A stretch of DNA of 64,000 nt from Raillietiella orientalis (Eukaryota). The notes beneath the pieces are model-generated. The model was not told the origin of the DNA. It saw only the letters and a list, made by a program, of their open reading frames with translations, and did not search any database. Every line of letters begins with the position of its first letter. Position 1 is the stretch's first letter. The stretch spans positions 1,674,001 through 1,738,000 of the forward strand of contig JAYWIR010000033.1 in the NCBI GenBank assembly GCA_036172245.1, in the 5' to 3' direction. This document shows positions 12,143-24,427 of the stretch, piece by piece. The translations under genes and the position numbers were made by a program.

Positions 12143-12913
12143 TTGGGCCATCGCTGGATGTGGACTGATCGTTACTGCGAATACTCGTGGATGCGCCCCT
12201 TACTTGTTTGCGGTCACCCATTGATTCGTTCTTTCAGGGGAAAGTCTTATCCACTTTCTTGGAACTGCAGAAACGCGCCCAAGTCTCCTTTGGAGACACT
12301 GGACACTTGCTGCTCGAATGAGCCATCGAGTCAAATGCCTTCTGCTCTACCACCATCATCACGCACTGGAACATCCCGTGCAACGCTCGCCGGTCTCACT
12401 GATTCCGGGGGGCTGTGCATCCAAACTGCTGCAGGTCAGGGAACAGGAATCTCTGCTTATTGGCTCTGCTGCTCTCCGGACCCTGTGGTTGCGTTACGCA
12501 ACAGATCTTGGTGTACCGACGGACAATCCCAGGGACATGATGGAGCGCCTCTTGGAACGCGGTGCCCTTTGAACTCCTGCTGCAGCCCTAGCAGCTCTTT
12601 GCTGCCTACGCAGGATTGTGGCAGGCTGGAGCTACGCTAGAGAAGGACGGCACAATCAGAAGGAACTTGCCGGCATCCTAAAAAGAATGCAGAGGATGCC
12701 CTCCAGAACCCGGTGATCCCTTCCTTGACCCTCCCATTTTTTTGCATATGCTCTTTTTGTTTTGCTTTTCTTTCTGTTTGCCCCTCTTTCCTCCGCTGCC
12801 GAGGCGAACCTGCCGGCCTGCTTGCCGGTTACTCGGCAGGTTCCGAACTCCTTCGGACGTTGTAGGAACAGTGGCTCTACACCGGCATGTTTGTTATTTT
12901 TTAATAATAAACG
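12143..12913 (+). mobile_element. R2-like RLE element 3' end (CCHC, truncated endonuclease, 3' UTR)
   Basis: RSFRGKSYPLSWNCRNAPKSPLETLDTCC. Bases 12390-12913 are colinear with 36835-37397. Ends in a T-rich tract then AATAAA (12906-12911). Confidence 0.65.
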
Positions 12914-13049
12914 TTCCGAGCACCCGGATGTGAAATTACCACCACCACTATCCTCACTTTTCTTTTTCTTTCCGTTCCCACCGAAGACGGTCTGACGGTT
13001 GAGAGGTCCAGTCACCGGTCTGATGCAGCACATCAGACCGGTGCTAGGG

Positions 13050-13740
13050 TCAGATAAAAGTTGCTACCGTGTCCATCCTTGAACTTGAACTTATCCTCCG
13101 CCAAACGGATGCAGATGGGAACGTCAGACTCCATGGCGAAGCATTGGCTTCCACTTCCGTTCATTCTCACGAAGAATGCAATGCTCTGGGAAGGACTCCA
13201 TTCAACTTCAGGAGAGGACGAGGTCGGTGATGCCCGTTTCGTTTGGCTGCGCTGCTCCTGTGGGAGCGCCAGTGATGCCCTTCCATCGAACAAGAGCAGG
13301 TGTTCCTTGTGAGAAGAGTCGCTGCAAGCTTGGAGGCACCCGAAGAGAACGACCTTCCCTGAAAATTGGTGCAACCAGCTGTTTTCAGGAGCTGCCTTCA
13401 TCGAGGTCCTGGATGATGCTGACCAGCTGTTTAGGGTCGAGAGCGAGACCACTGGGAAGACCATGTGTCTACCCTGTGCATCAATAATGATGAGGGATAG
13501 GTAGATGCACGTCCAGCATGAGGGAAACTGTTGGATCCCATCGATCAGTGCTAAACGGTTCTGCTGACGTACAAACCCGAGTCCAAAGACCTCTTTCAGG
13601 GTTAGCAGAGGTGGCAGTCTTCCTAAAAACCTGGTAGGCTACACCGTCCTCCCTGCAAGAAGACCACCTTGCACGTGCACTGGCATCTCTCCAGAAATCA
13701 GGACCATCAGGCGGAAGAGTGCCCAAGAATCGAAGGGACT
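13050..13740 (-). mobile_element. Non-LTR RT remnant, domains 0-2 (RLE type)
   Basis: REDGVAYQVFRK (PGxDGIxY) and FPVVSLSTLNS...FSGKVVLFGCLQ (RPISL...QKGF..GCxE). Confidence 0.55.
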
Positions 13741-13879
13741 TTCCTGCCTGTATTTTTTTTTTTAAAGGCCAGTAGCGATCCCCACGAGAAGATCGTTACT
13801 ATTGGCCTAGGACGATGGAAATCCTTGGGTTCTTCTTTTTTCTTCTGTATGCTGTTTTTATTTCAGCTTTTTTTTTTTT

Positions 13880-14520
13880 TTGAAGAGTTGCCTGTATTTT
13901 CGGAGTGCTCCGAAGAAAAGCAGAGTTGAACCTGCTAGAGCACTGCAACCCACCAATGTTTTTCTCTCCAGAACCTGCCCAAGAAAACATTCACTTCTTT
14001 GGGCTCTTACCAGTGTTTCCTCCTCTCTGGGAACCCTTTTATCGCCTGAGAGAGCCGCAATATCGTCGAGATGGAAGAACGGTGTGACCCAAAGGAGTCG
14101 CTCGCCATTGCCGCTGCCTTCACCCAAAGACGCTACTGGACTGCAGCTATGTGTGGAAAGGCTAGCTCGAAACCAGGAACAGCCCCAATTCCTTCTTATC
14201 TTGTGGCTACTCAAAGCATGCGGACTCCTGTCCACATGACTATTCCAAAACCTGATAGTGGGGGAGGGGGGGATTTTGAAGGCTGCGCTGGCCGTAGTTT
14301 GGAAGAGCCTGTTTACCACTCCCTTCTGGATTAGTGCCCTTCTTTCGATCTGGAAACTCGCAACAGCGGCCTCTCCCATCGAGAACGACAACCCATGCAT
14401 TTCCTCGCCCAAGATACACTTTCGCCGGCGGCTGTGGACACGATCCTGTACTGTATGCGTGACAGGACTCCACCGGTGAAAGAGAGAGGTAATCTTGCTC
14501 TTAGCCACCCTCGTGCTATG
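13880..14520 (+). mobile_element. RTE-clade LINE remnant (post-RT region)
   Basis: VSSSLGTLLS (FxYLGS), VERLARNQEQPQFLLIL, ILKAA and PKIHF occur in RTE order. Confidence 0.45.
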
Positions 14521-14949
14521 GAGGTAACCACAAATAGGTCGCATCTTGAGGGAAGGCACCATCTGAGAGCACCGTGAGGTCGGTCCATCCGACTCCTATT
14601 TGTCTTGTCATCCCATTGATCTTCTCTCCTTACTCTACACCCCTCCTCTGATTCCTCTTCCTGTGACGTTCTGGGTGCGTCGCTGCAGCATCAAAACAGA
14701 AGCGGTGATTTTCTGATCAAAGATTGCTGAGAGGGTTGCAGTCAACTCTCTCAACATGGATCAATACAGCACTGTTACAAAAAGAAAGTAGGGCAAAGAT
14801 GGGACCCATTCGGGTGTGTTTTCTGAGACGGTGAGAAAAATTGCATCATGGAGAAGATAGAAAAACAGTAAGCAATGGAAGGAACCACTTCTCATTCTCA
14901 TTATGCATTCCAGGAACCTGTGAAATTCACTGGCTTATTTTAAATAAAT

Positions 14950-15170
14950 TAAACAGGGTATGAAGAAGATATGCATTTCTGAATCCGGGAATGTAAACCG
15001 TCAATATGAGAAGTTCAGTCGGAGCGTTTATTTTTGAGGCATTCACAAAAGGGAGACTTTTCTATGAAACTCTAGGGGTTCAAGAAGAGTTCCCATCATT
15101 CCTGCACCTAGGTCGACTATGCAAAAAGGCCAGAAGCTCTAAAAAAAGGCAATGATAACTTGAAATAAAG
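14950..15170 (+). repeat. Second copy of the 7254-7560 dispersed repeat
   Basis: Shared blocks such as GATATGCATTyCTGAATCCGGGAATGT and AACTTGAAAT. Confidence 0.75.
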
Positions 15171-15179
15171 CAGATAGGG

Positions 15180-15720
15180 CTGGGTGAGATGGCACTTGCT
15201 TCTCGCTACATCTTCCGCGATCTGAGTGCAGCACAAGTGGTATCCTCATTCGGTCATTGAATCCGTTTCATCGCCTTCCTCGTCACGGAATGAGCAAAAA
15301 GGGTGTCCTCCCGTCTGTGCTGGAGCAGTTCCGACACGCAGCAGACGCTCCGTGACCCTACTGATGGGACGCTGACTTGGGTTATCAAGATGACAGTCCG
15401 ACAGCTTCTGCGATTTCACTTCGGGGTGCCTTCAGGAAGAAGCAGGGACGCCTCCTTGGGAGCCATCTCGAACAGCACGGCAGTCCCGAAGCAGCTGCGG
15501 AACGTTCCGACATTCCCGCTCCTGGCAGACACTACGGCGAGTCTTTCCGTCTCGTGCAGGGATGCGAGCCCCCGTTTGCACACTTGAACTGGGGAAGTTC
15601 TTTGTTTTCTCGAACGCTCATGGCAGCAGTCTGTTCCTACAAGTTGCCAACTGTTTCGGAGTTCACGCGAGGATTCGGCATCAGGTGCCAACGCGGATAC
15701 GTTTTATTACCGAGACAACG
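15180..15720 (-). mobile_element. Diverged relative of the 21.4/29.1/41.8-kb RLE family
   Basis: The reverse complement of 15455-15510 resembles 42270-42325 (ACGT..GC.GCTGCTTCG...GTTCGAG.TGGCTC). Confidence 0.35.
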
Positions 15721-16299
15721 ACTCGAAATATTCCCGTTTAGGGGGCATCACCTGCACACAAAACACGATAGTACGGATCTCTGAGGTTTGCGAAATGGCT
15801 GACTCCCTCGAGGAACGCTGCAAGAACCGCTCTTCTCCGTCTCAAATTCGTCTGCTCCCCGTCTGCTTGTTGCGAGTGATTTGACCTTCAGCTGCTTGCC
15901 CAAGGTGTCACGGAGAATACGAGAAGGGATACTCAACCAAGAAATGCTTTTCAGTTGCGATCACGGAGCGCGCTACGCGTTAAGGCGGCAGCACCGTGCC
16001 TGCTGAACGTCGTGACCCTCCGTTTCTCTCATGTGCCTTCTTCTTCGTGACTATTGTGTGCTTTCCGTCTAAATGGAGGAGGTCCTGAGGATCCAACTCT
16101 CTCTACTCTGAGATCCTGGAGCTGCGGAAGAGCCTTATTACGGGAGGAGCATTCAAACACTTCGAGCAGTTGCTCGGAGGGAGCAGCTGACCAGAGGAGC
16201 GTCCACGCGTGAACCGAAAGGTGCAGGGATGGAAGGAGGAACCTTCGAGTTGGTAGTCCAGGATTGCCACGTCCGTCAGTAAAGATTCCTTTTTAAAAG

Positions 16300-16760
16300 G
16301 AGCCACGGTTCAGGGGAAAAAAGAAAAATCCTTCCAGTCAGCCATGGAAGAAGGTCTGTGACGAAGAAAGGTGGGAAAATATCTCTACCAGAAGACCCCA
16401 TGATCCGTGGCTGCACGATTGACAGAGCAGAGATGATTCCCAACCAAAGAATGCTTCCGGAGATAAAGTGGGCTCCTTCAACATGGAAACCATACGGCAC
16501 TGGCAGAGGAACAAGAACAACCAAAATAAGACCAATCTGGATCAGTTCCCTGAGGCGAAAACACTCCTGAGACGAAACCTGCATCATGGAGGCGATAACA
16601 AAAGACCAATTTAAAGGTGTCTTCCTGGTAAGATTTTGGGAGGCATCAACGAAATTCCGAAAGTGTGCAAAACAGAAAGGTACTGCGGTCGGAAACAGCG
16701 GCGTCCGGCCGACATCATCGACACAGACATTACTTGGAATAAAGGAATTCCTAGCAGCTT
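16300..16760 (+). mobile_element. R2-like RT remnant, domains 1-2
   Basis: APSTWKPYGT...KIRPIWISS and DQFKGVF match PxxWK..T...RPIxIxS...QxGF. Confidence 0.5.
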
Positions 16761-17289
16761 TCGGCTGCTCATACCGGAAAGATGGAATTGTCTTTTTTTT
16801 TTTTTTGGAATCGCAGATTGCGAATCGCAAATTCTGATTTGCAAATTTAGTTCTTTTTTTCTTTTTTTACAAGCAAGATTATCAAAGGTGCCTGAAATCG
16901 CTGATTATCTTCAAAGACTGAACTCGGAAGGGATACTGCGTGGCGTTACGGAGGCATCAAAGAGAAGCAAATACAGATTACTGATGCGAGAAAGGAGCCA
17001 GACGGAAGGATTTATTTGCGAATATATTTCCGGGATTAATTGAAGAAATGCAAAGAAGGAATTTTCCTCACCTTTCGCCCCTTCTTCGACCTGTCCAGTT
17101 TCGTCACTGCTGTCAAAGGAATGATCCTCTACCAGCGCTCCAGGGTGCCGGAGGTTCCCGGATGAACAGGACAAGTTCATCTCTGCAGCCTCCTTCCCGG
17201 TAACGGAGGTTTTCGCTGTTCCAATCAGGTCCACTTGCTTGATCAGCGGCGGAGTCGCGCAGGTGTAGGTGTTCTAGGCTGAAAGCGTG

Positions 17290-17873
17290 GGAGGTATCCT
17301 AGCCGGTGAGTCCCGTCCATGTTCCTGAAGCGTGCAATGCTGGACGACACCACCATCAGGGTTGTTCATGCTCTCTGGGTGAGCATCCTGACGATCAAGG
17401 CGACCTCACGTCGCAAACAAGACCTTAGCTGCAGGAGATGTCAAGTTTGGGGTGAGATGCTGCCTCGGATGCCAAATGATCGTTTGCGACGCTCTTGTGG
17501 GTTTGGGCACATTGCATCACGGAGCTCATCCCTGCAGTGGCCTCTGGTCTCCGTCGGGCACTGGTACCGCGCCTGGAGAGGAGAGCGGTCATGCTGGACG
17601 TTGCCTGCCTTCCGAAGTCGTTCAGAAGCGCTCGAGGAAGAAAGGAGACGCAGCCCTGTCCCGCTGTTGACCACGGATGTTCAGGTGATGGTCAGAGTAG
17701 TTCTAAACGAAGAGGTGATGAGGCTCGAAAGCGTCCTACGTTCTCGGCGTGAAGCCAACGTGCGCCAAGAGTGCCGAGCCTGGAAATGAAGAGGCGATGC
17801 GATGATGCAGAGGCGGTGCCGCAGATCCTGAAAAGGGTGGCTCCTTGCGGTTGCCTGCAGCATGTCCAACATC
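17290..17873 (+). mobile_element. RLE non-LTR remnant (CCHC and endonuclease)
   Basis: QDLSCRRCQVWGEMLPRMPN (CRRC..ETLPHVLN), SGLRRALV (LRPDLV) and VMLDVACLP. Confidence 0.65.
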
Positions 17874-17874
17874 G

Positions 17875-18880
17875 ACGCCCACAAAAATAACCAATGCTCA
17901 CTGATGAGGAGAGGGGAAAGGGAGGGTAGTTTTGGAAGCGACACCGCAACTTCATGCAGGAAGCACAAGAAGATGAAGAGAACAAAAGCTGAACTGAACC
18001 AGAAGATGAAGAGGACGTGAATTTAGTAAAGAATGCAAGGACGCCTTTTTATTTCACGCACTCTTTCCTTTCGCCTTAACAAAGAGAGTTTGGTTTGTGC
18101 CATTCCTGAAATCTTCAGCTCTTTCAGCTTAGCATTCAGGGTTCCAATGCAACGGCAATAAGTCTGCAATCTGACTCTTGGGTTTCTGAAAGCGAGGAAA
18201 GGATAGCGCATGGTTCCATTGCTTTCCTCTTTTCTTCTTTTCCACGGTCCCGTGATTTGCGGTAAGGATCGCTTATCATCAGTAGGTCACCTCCTTGAGA
18301 ATTCAGTCAAAAGAAAAGCTGTCTCTCAAATGTAGAGTGGAAAATGACGTCCTTAATGATCGATGCTGCATGAGGCAAGATCGATCCATTAGCTGAATCC
18401 AAACTGGAACTCGGATAGATATGGGACACAGATGTGTCCCATGGAAGAGGCTGCACTCCACCAAGCATAGGTGGCCTCCTGTGGTGAGAAAATGCTGAAG
18501 GCTCGGTGCGGTCCAATCAGCACACAACCTGTGGTCGAGGAGACGGTTCAGAGCCACGTGGGATTGCAAACTAAGTGAACAAAGGGAGATGCAACAGCAG
18601 GATGCCTTCGGCTGACTTGGGGACGCGTCAACTAAAGGCCTATGTCAGACGAAAGCGTGATACTGCATGCAAGACGTGGAATGCAGGAAGGCGACGCTCA
18701 GAAGAATGAAACCACCTGCAGGATGAGGTGGAATTCTGCCTGCAACTCTCGTGCGAGGGATCAGACTTGTGGAATGAAAGCTACCAGCCCATTGCGTTTC
18801 CCCAGTGGGCTGGTAGATCTTTCGGGTTCGTCAGAAGCTCCGGAGCGCCGTCCAAGGAAAAGCTTCCTCTGAGCGAAACC
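17875..18880 (-). mobile_element. NeSL/Utopia-like RLE remnant, tail-to-tail with the preceding element
   Basis: SLQHFLTTGGHLCLVECSLFHGTHL (SNxFLxTGxY..WRFIHxARL), DRSCL and CIGTLNAKLKEL. Confidence 0.55.
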
Positions 18881-18899
18881 AGATGGCTGTCGGGTGGAC

Positions 18900-21250
18900 C
18901 CGTTTTGGGAAGCGCGCTTCGTGACTGCTGCGGGATGTCTCCAGAGGTCGAGCCGTGCGCACGCTGCCTGCGGACCTACCCAGAAGAATTTGTGTTCACC
19001 GAAGCACTGCCAGTCCGAAAAGCTCGGCTGGGAAAAAGGGGAATTCTTTCCATGGACGGCACCGAGTCAGGTGACGGAAGCGGGGGAAGGTGGGAGAGGC
19101 GAAACTCAGAGGCGCCGCTCCCCCTGCTTCCGGCGCGGTTCTCCCCTTAGGAGCCTGCCCTCTCAGAGCCAGGCGGCAGAGGCAGTTTTCCCTCTTCTTT
19201 GTTTTTGTTTTTTTTAAGGACTTCTGCCGAGGTCGTCGACTCTTCTCCCCGAGCGACTCGAGGCCGGTGAAGATGAAAGCGGCGTGCTCCCAGGGACTCA
19301 CTCCTTTCGAGAGCTTTGGCTTCCCCCGAGCGTCTGAAGCGCCGCGCGCTGCCACATGGCCTGGAAGGAGGAGGAAGAAGAGGAACTGCGCTCTCTGGAG
19401 GCATTCCGACTGTCGCCGCGCCGGGAAACTGCCGGTAGGTTTCATGGTCCGCGTGGCACCACGTGGACGCGGAAGATCTCGGAGCCTGTCGGAAACGAAC
19501 CTCGAGGCTGAGGAGCGACGAAACTCCCAGGAAGAGAGAGAGAGAGAGGGAGAGAGAAGGCGCTACTCCGGGATGACTTTTGGCGTGCGCGTTCAGAGAG
19601 CAACCCTTTTTGCTCTGTCTTCCTCTCTCTCTCTCCCTCTCTTTTTTCCTTTTTCTTTCTTTGATTTTTTTTTTTTTTTTGCATCGAAAATTTGTGATCT
19701 ACGCAGCCTCCCTGCCACAGGAATGCGGCTGCTTTCTACCTCAGAGGAAGGTGCTTTGATCGAAAGCAGCGCAAAGTCGGGGGCGAACAAAGCCGACGCT
19801 GCAAAGGGTGACCGGCTGCCAAAATAAATGAGGATCGTAAACACCAGGAAGCGCGTTTCGCGCGTTTTTCGAAGCCGAACAAGGGAACATTCCTGTTTAT
19901 CGGATCACCATGACGACCGGTATTTTTTCTTTCTTTTTTTTCCTTTTTTTTATACGAAGCAGCTTGTCCCGGTATTCAGGGTTTACGCGGCCGAAGAAGC
20001 CTCAACACACGAAGGGTAAGGAGGGAGAGGTACGGGCCCCGTCGCCGCGGAAACCCCTCCCGAGCTGAGAACAGCCGTGGTGAATTCTCTGGGTGCTTTC
20101 TCGAGTTTCAACAGCTGCCCCGCCCTCAAGAGGTTCAGTGCGTTTCTCTCCACACGCGGCGACTGGCCCGACGGTGTGATAAAATCCTCAAGAGGGAGAA
20201 AAGGGACAAAAAGGGGAACGCGCGCGATCGAAGCGAAGCGGAACCGGGAAGAGAGAGGGACACGCAGTCCGAACGACAGAAGGCCAGCGCCCTCTTCCCC
20301 ACTCCTTTTTCCGTTCCGCACCATCCATCTTTACTCCGTCTCCTTATTGGCCCTTGCGAGTCCTATGCCCCCCCCCTTCCGTTTATTCCCGCCATTCCCT
20401 CAACACGTCCACGACGAAGTTCAGACTCTTCCGTCTTCATCATGAAGGAGCCTTCCTTACCCCTCCCGGTTTTAGACGGGGAGAAGACTGCAGAAACGAT
20501 TGAAATCCCTTCGCCTCATTCTTTCCCTGGTCACCAGGAATCCTTGAGATGTTCGCCTGTTCATTTTAGGTCAGTGTTCCAGAAGGAGAAGCTTGCCGTC
20601 GCTGGAGGCGAAGGAAGGGGTCGGCTTCCCTCAGGCGAAGAGGGGCTAGCTATCCTTGCCTCTGGGCAGGAAAAGGACACCGACACCTCTAGCGCTCCAG
20701 AAGCACGCGTCGTGCCGAGGCCGTCTTCACCCACGCGACCCGCAAGCTGTCCCTGTCCGGGAACGGTCCCTTCCTGGGGGGCGGCTGCCACCTAGCGCTC
20801 TCGATGGGGTGTCGTGGAGTGGCTCCAGACAGCCGCTCCGAAGGAAACGCTTTCACTGCCTCCTACTTTTCCCTTCCTTCTCCTCCTCCTCCGGGGATGT
20901 CCCAAGGTGCTCCCAGCTCAACTACGCCACCCTCGACCCGGCCTTCGCCGAGGAGAGCGCTTTCCGGAAGGGTAACTACTCAAGAAACAAATGTCCACTC
21001 CCCGAGGAACACGCGTGCTATATTCCCTGAGGTGCAAGTCCGTGCCCCCTAACGCGATGCGACTTGTCTCCAAAACAACGCGCGTCCCACTGTCTCGGAG
21101 ACGCGCGGCGGCTTCCAGCATTCCTCGTCAATTCCCGCTTGCCTCTTGTGCTCTCCTCACACGAAGGAAAAAACAAAGCGCTTCCTTCTGGTGGTCAAGC
21201 CGCCTGACGACAGAATGTTTTTCCGGTGTGATTTCAGCACCCTGATCTGC
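18900..21250 (+). mobile_element. CR1/Jockey-type LINE RT fragments, interrupted
   Basis: FVFTEALPV, KLGWEKGEFFPW, SGVLPG, SQLNYATLDP (LEYxxxxWxP), PLSRRR and WSSRL. Probably more than one insertion. Confidence 0.4.
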
Positions 21251-21429
21251 TCTCCGTGAGCCGAACCGGTCAGACTTGACCCGGCTCTCCATATAGAGCA
21301 GGCGACTGCCCTCACGCACGAGGCTCCTCCCTACGAGATGAGTGGTGCAAGATGAGATTCTGCAGTAACTACTCAATCATTCCAGGATTCTGTCGTTTCC
21401 ATGCAAGACGACCTATGGAATCCCGTTAA

Positions 21430-22265
21430 AGATACGACGCCGATGCGGTGGGAACTGGTAGCCTAGGCAACCCAGACTATCCCAGAAGTCGACTGAAGTC
21501 TTCCGACACAGGAACATCAGAGGAAGCATCTCACCACCCCCGATGTCTGCTGCTCCTTCGAAAGACTGACGATGGAGTCGAAGGAGGAGAACAACTTCCG
21601 CCAACCTCCTCCTTGCCTCCAGAGGAACAGAAGCATCGGTTCGAGAGTTGGTGACGCTCTCCCCGGTGTCGTGGGATCTCAAGACAGGTGCGGCCCTGCG
21701 GGCACGCCGGACCCTTTTCACGTGCGCGCGCGAGTGCACCGCACCAGGCCTTCCCTCATTGAGGAACATCGTCATCGGTCCCCAGCAAGCTGCCGCAACA
21801 GAGGAGCAGCAGGCAGGGAGCGCTCCGCGGAGTCGGGAGTCCGACGCCGTTCTCCGTGACGTGACAGCACGGCGCAGGCATGCTACGCGACCTTTCTGGT
21901 GGCACGGTGGACTAGGCCATCTTCCACTAGCGTTGCTTGCCGAAGAAAGGAGCGTCGAAGGCACACCCGAAACAGCCCGCCTTCGACAGTCTGCTGGGAA
22001 CTGGGAACGGACCCAGTGCCGCCGGAAGTGTCTTCCAGCCACCCAGGAGCGTTCGCTTCTTGCGGCCCAGCAACGTGGGTCTCGCTAGATCTCGGACGCC
22101 CGCGGGTGGGTCGGCTCCGAAAAGGTCGACTTGCAGCGAGCGCCTGACGGCTGGCTGCTTCGGCAGGTGCAGAGAAGTCCCGACGTCTGCTGCTGCTTCG
22201 AAAGATCTCCGGCTGCGTTCGAGGTGGCTCTGCAGGAGGAGGAGGAAGAGGAAGGGAGGAGAGGC
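21430..22265 (+). mobile_element. Frameshifted RLE-derived repeat, copy A
   Basis: Bases 21726-22235 are near-identical to 41817-42326. Motifs GLPSLRNI and RLRKGRL. Ends in a GAG/GAA-rich tract. Confidence 0.75.
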
Positions 22266-22599
22266 TGAAGTTTCCACTCGTTTTTCGATGCTGAAAGGGC
22301 GAGTCGGAGTCCGTTGGAAGTTCAGATGAGATGTGACGTGACGTCCGTATCTGGCACACTCCTCTTGCAGGAGTCTCCCTACCCTCTCTCTTCCGCTCTC
22401 TCCCAACAGCATCTCTTTTCTCTGGAAGAAGGAAGCGGAAGTTCCCTGCTCATGCGCTCTCCTCCTTCCTTCCGTGCATGCTCAGCGCCAGCCTATCGAA
22501 AACAGGAAGTTGAGCGACTACGCTTCCGTTCGTTTCTGGAGAAGTTCCCCCCTTCGGCTTGGCTTCCTTAAGGGAAGCGGCTCCGTTGCAAAGAGGGAG

Positions 22600-23330
22600 G
22601 TGTATCTCCTGCTGGATCAGACGAAAGAAGTGGAGAGACGTGCAAATTTCCTGCCTATCTTCCTTTGCAGGGTGCTGTCTGGTGGACCTGTGTGCCCTGG
22701 GGTCAGGCCGAGAGGCGGCGGGAAGCATCGGCTCTGACTGGAAGATTCATGCGTCTACGGGTATAGAGAAAACCCACTACAGGAATGCCAATTCTCCTAA
22801 TGCTCCGAGGGACAGCTGACGTGTCTCACCTTTCTATTCCTCTTTTTGTTGCTCATGTGACTCGTTCGCCCGAAGCGAATGCATGGATGAAATCCAGAGG
22901 AAGATTGGAGGCATTTGAAGGAGTCACCGAGTGTTGGAAGTCACATAAGTAGGAAATGTTGGTGAATGCAGGGAGGCAGTGGAAGACAAAGCAAAAAGAT
23001 GGTGCACATGAGATTCATCAGTATCGGAGGAAGATGGCTTCAAAGATCTCTCTGCCACTCCATGGAGGATGCCATATAGCCCTGCACATCACAAACTCGA
23101 TGAGATCCTGATCCCAATTCTATTCAAAGCACAGAAATAAAGGAAATGTGGTGTCATGAAGAGTAACTTCAGCACGTCGAAGTCGACGCCCCTAGTGGCA
23201 ACGTTGCATAGCAATTCCTTGCTGATCCTCGTCTGGATTCGAAGTCATTCGATAGCCACCGAGACGAGATTTCCTAAGTAGATGATGCCGTGGATATTGC
23301 AGGAAAGAATTGAGCTGGTCTCGTCCGTGA
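22600..23330 (+). mobile_element. Non-LTR RT core remnant (RLE type)
   Basis: SPAGSD, AFEGVTEC (22911; GFxxxxGCxEH-like) and S*VDDAVDIA (23278-23286; YADD). Confidence 0.55.
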
Positions 23331-24427
23331 TGCCCTCTCGTAGGATCAAGAAACGAAATTCCCAATAACCAACCTCAACAACCAATTCTCAATAGCCACC
23401 TTTGATCGCCTGCCTGTGGGAGGAGACCGATCTAGCTCCTGCGAGATCGATGATGTTACCGTCAGCGTCTGAAATGGGATGAGACGCTGCCGCACGTGCA
23501 GAATTATCGCGAGCAGAACTTTGAACCGTACACCAGGTACACCAGGACACCTTGACTAAGTGCACCAAGAAGGTGACGCACGGACGATGTTCAGGCCTGC
23601 GACCGAGGGACACTTGCAGTCATGGTGAGCTAACCTCGTCCTGAGGAAAGAGAGCTGCGTCATAGTACGGATTCTTCCCGTGTCGTCATCTGCCCATTCT
23701 TTAGCACCCGCTTTTGCACCTTCGCTCCTTCAGGAAGTCATGCGTAAGTTTGCGCAAATGGTTTCAGCCCAATGTTTTCGACTTTGGATCTCAAGAAGTC
23801 TGGAAATATAAGAACGCACGCGGACCAGTTCACTTCATTCAGCTAACGGAGGAGTTATGTGGAATGTTTTCGACGAGTCCTCCATGCACTGTTCATCTTG
23901 CTCTTACTACGGCGCTGTTCCAGCCTCCGGCGCGGAAAATCCACGCGTTTGATCCTTCCGGACATCACGAAGATGAAGAAAGCTTGGGTGCCTCCACATC
24001 AGCAGTGTTTCTTACTGCCTGAAGCGAGTAAGGAGGCAACTTCGAAGACACCTGGGTCAGTCCCCAGCCTCCAGGCAAGATAAATGCACCTGAAATGCTT
24101 TCTGATCTTCCTTTCTGACTTCCCGACTGGGAGCTCCGGGATGATGGGCAAGCGGTCGTATCGGACGTCATCTGCCTCTTCTGAAATTCCACAGCAGCTA
24201 CGGAGGATTTAAAGACAGGAGAGACGGAGCAAGCGTCAAGGACTGGATTTCTCTTCCGAGACAGTGCTGACATCTGGAAGAGCGCTCATTAGGAATCAAG
24301 GGACGACGAGGGGCTAAAGAAAGACGGAGGTCAGAGGGACGGGAACGTTCAGGGAAAGATGGTGCAAAGATGGTGAAAAATCCCGTACTCTCCCGATGTA
24401 TATGAGGTCTGCATTGGCTTTGCAGGA

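Noticed and set aside
12797..12870. HDV-like ribozyme parse of the conserved 3' UTR (stem, GG, hairpin, C, GTAGG)
   Set aside because: P3/L3 would be too short, the first pair is non-canonical, P2' competes with a conserved hairpin, and such ribozymes are expected at 5' ends. A cleavage assay would settle it.
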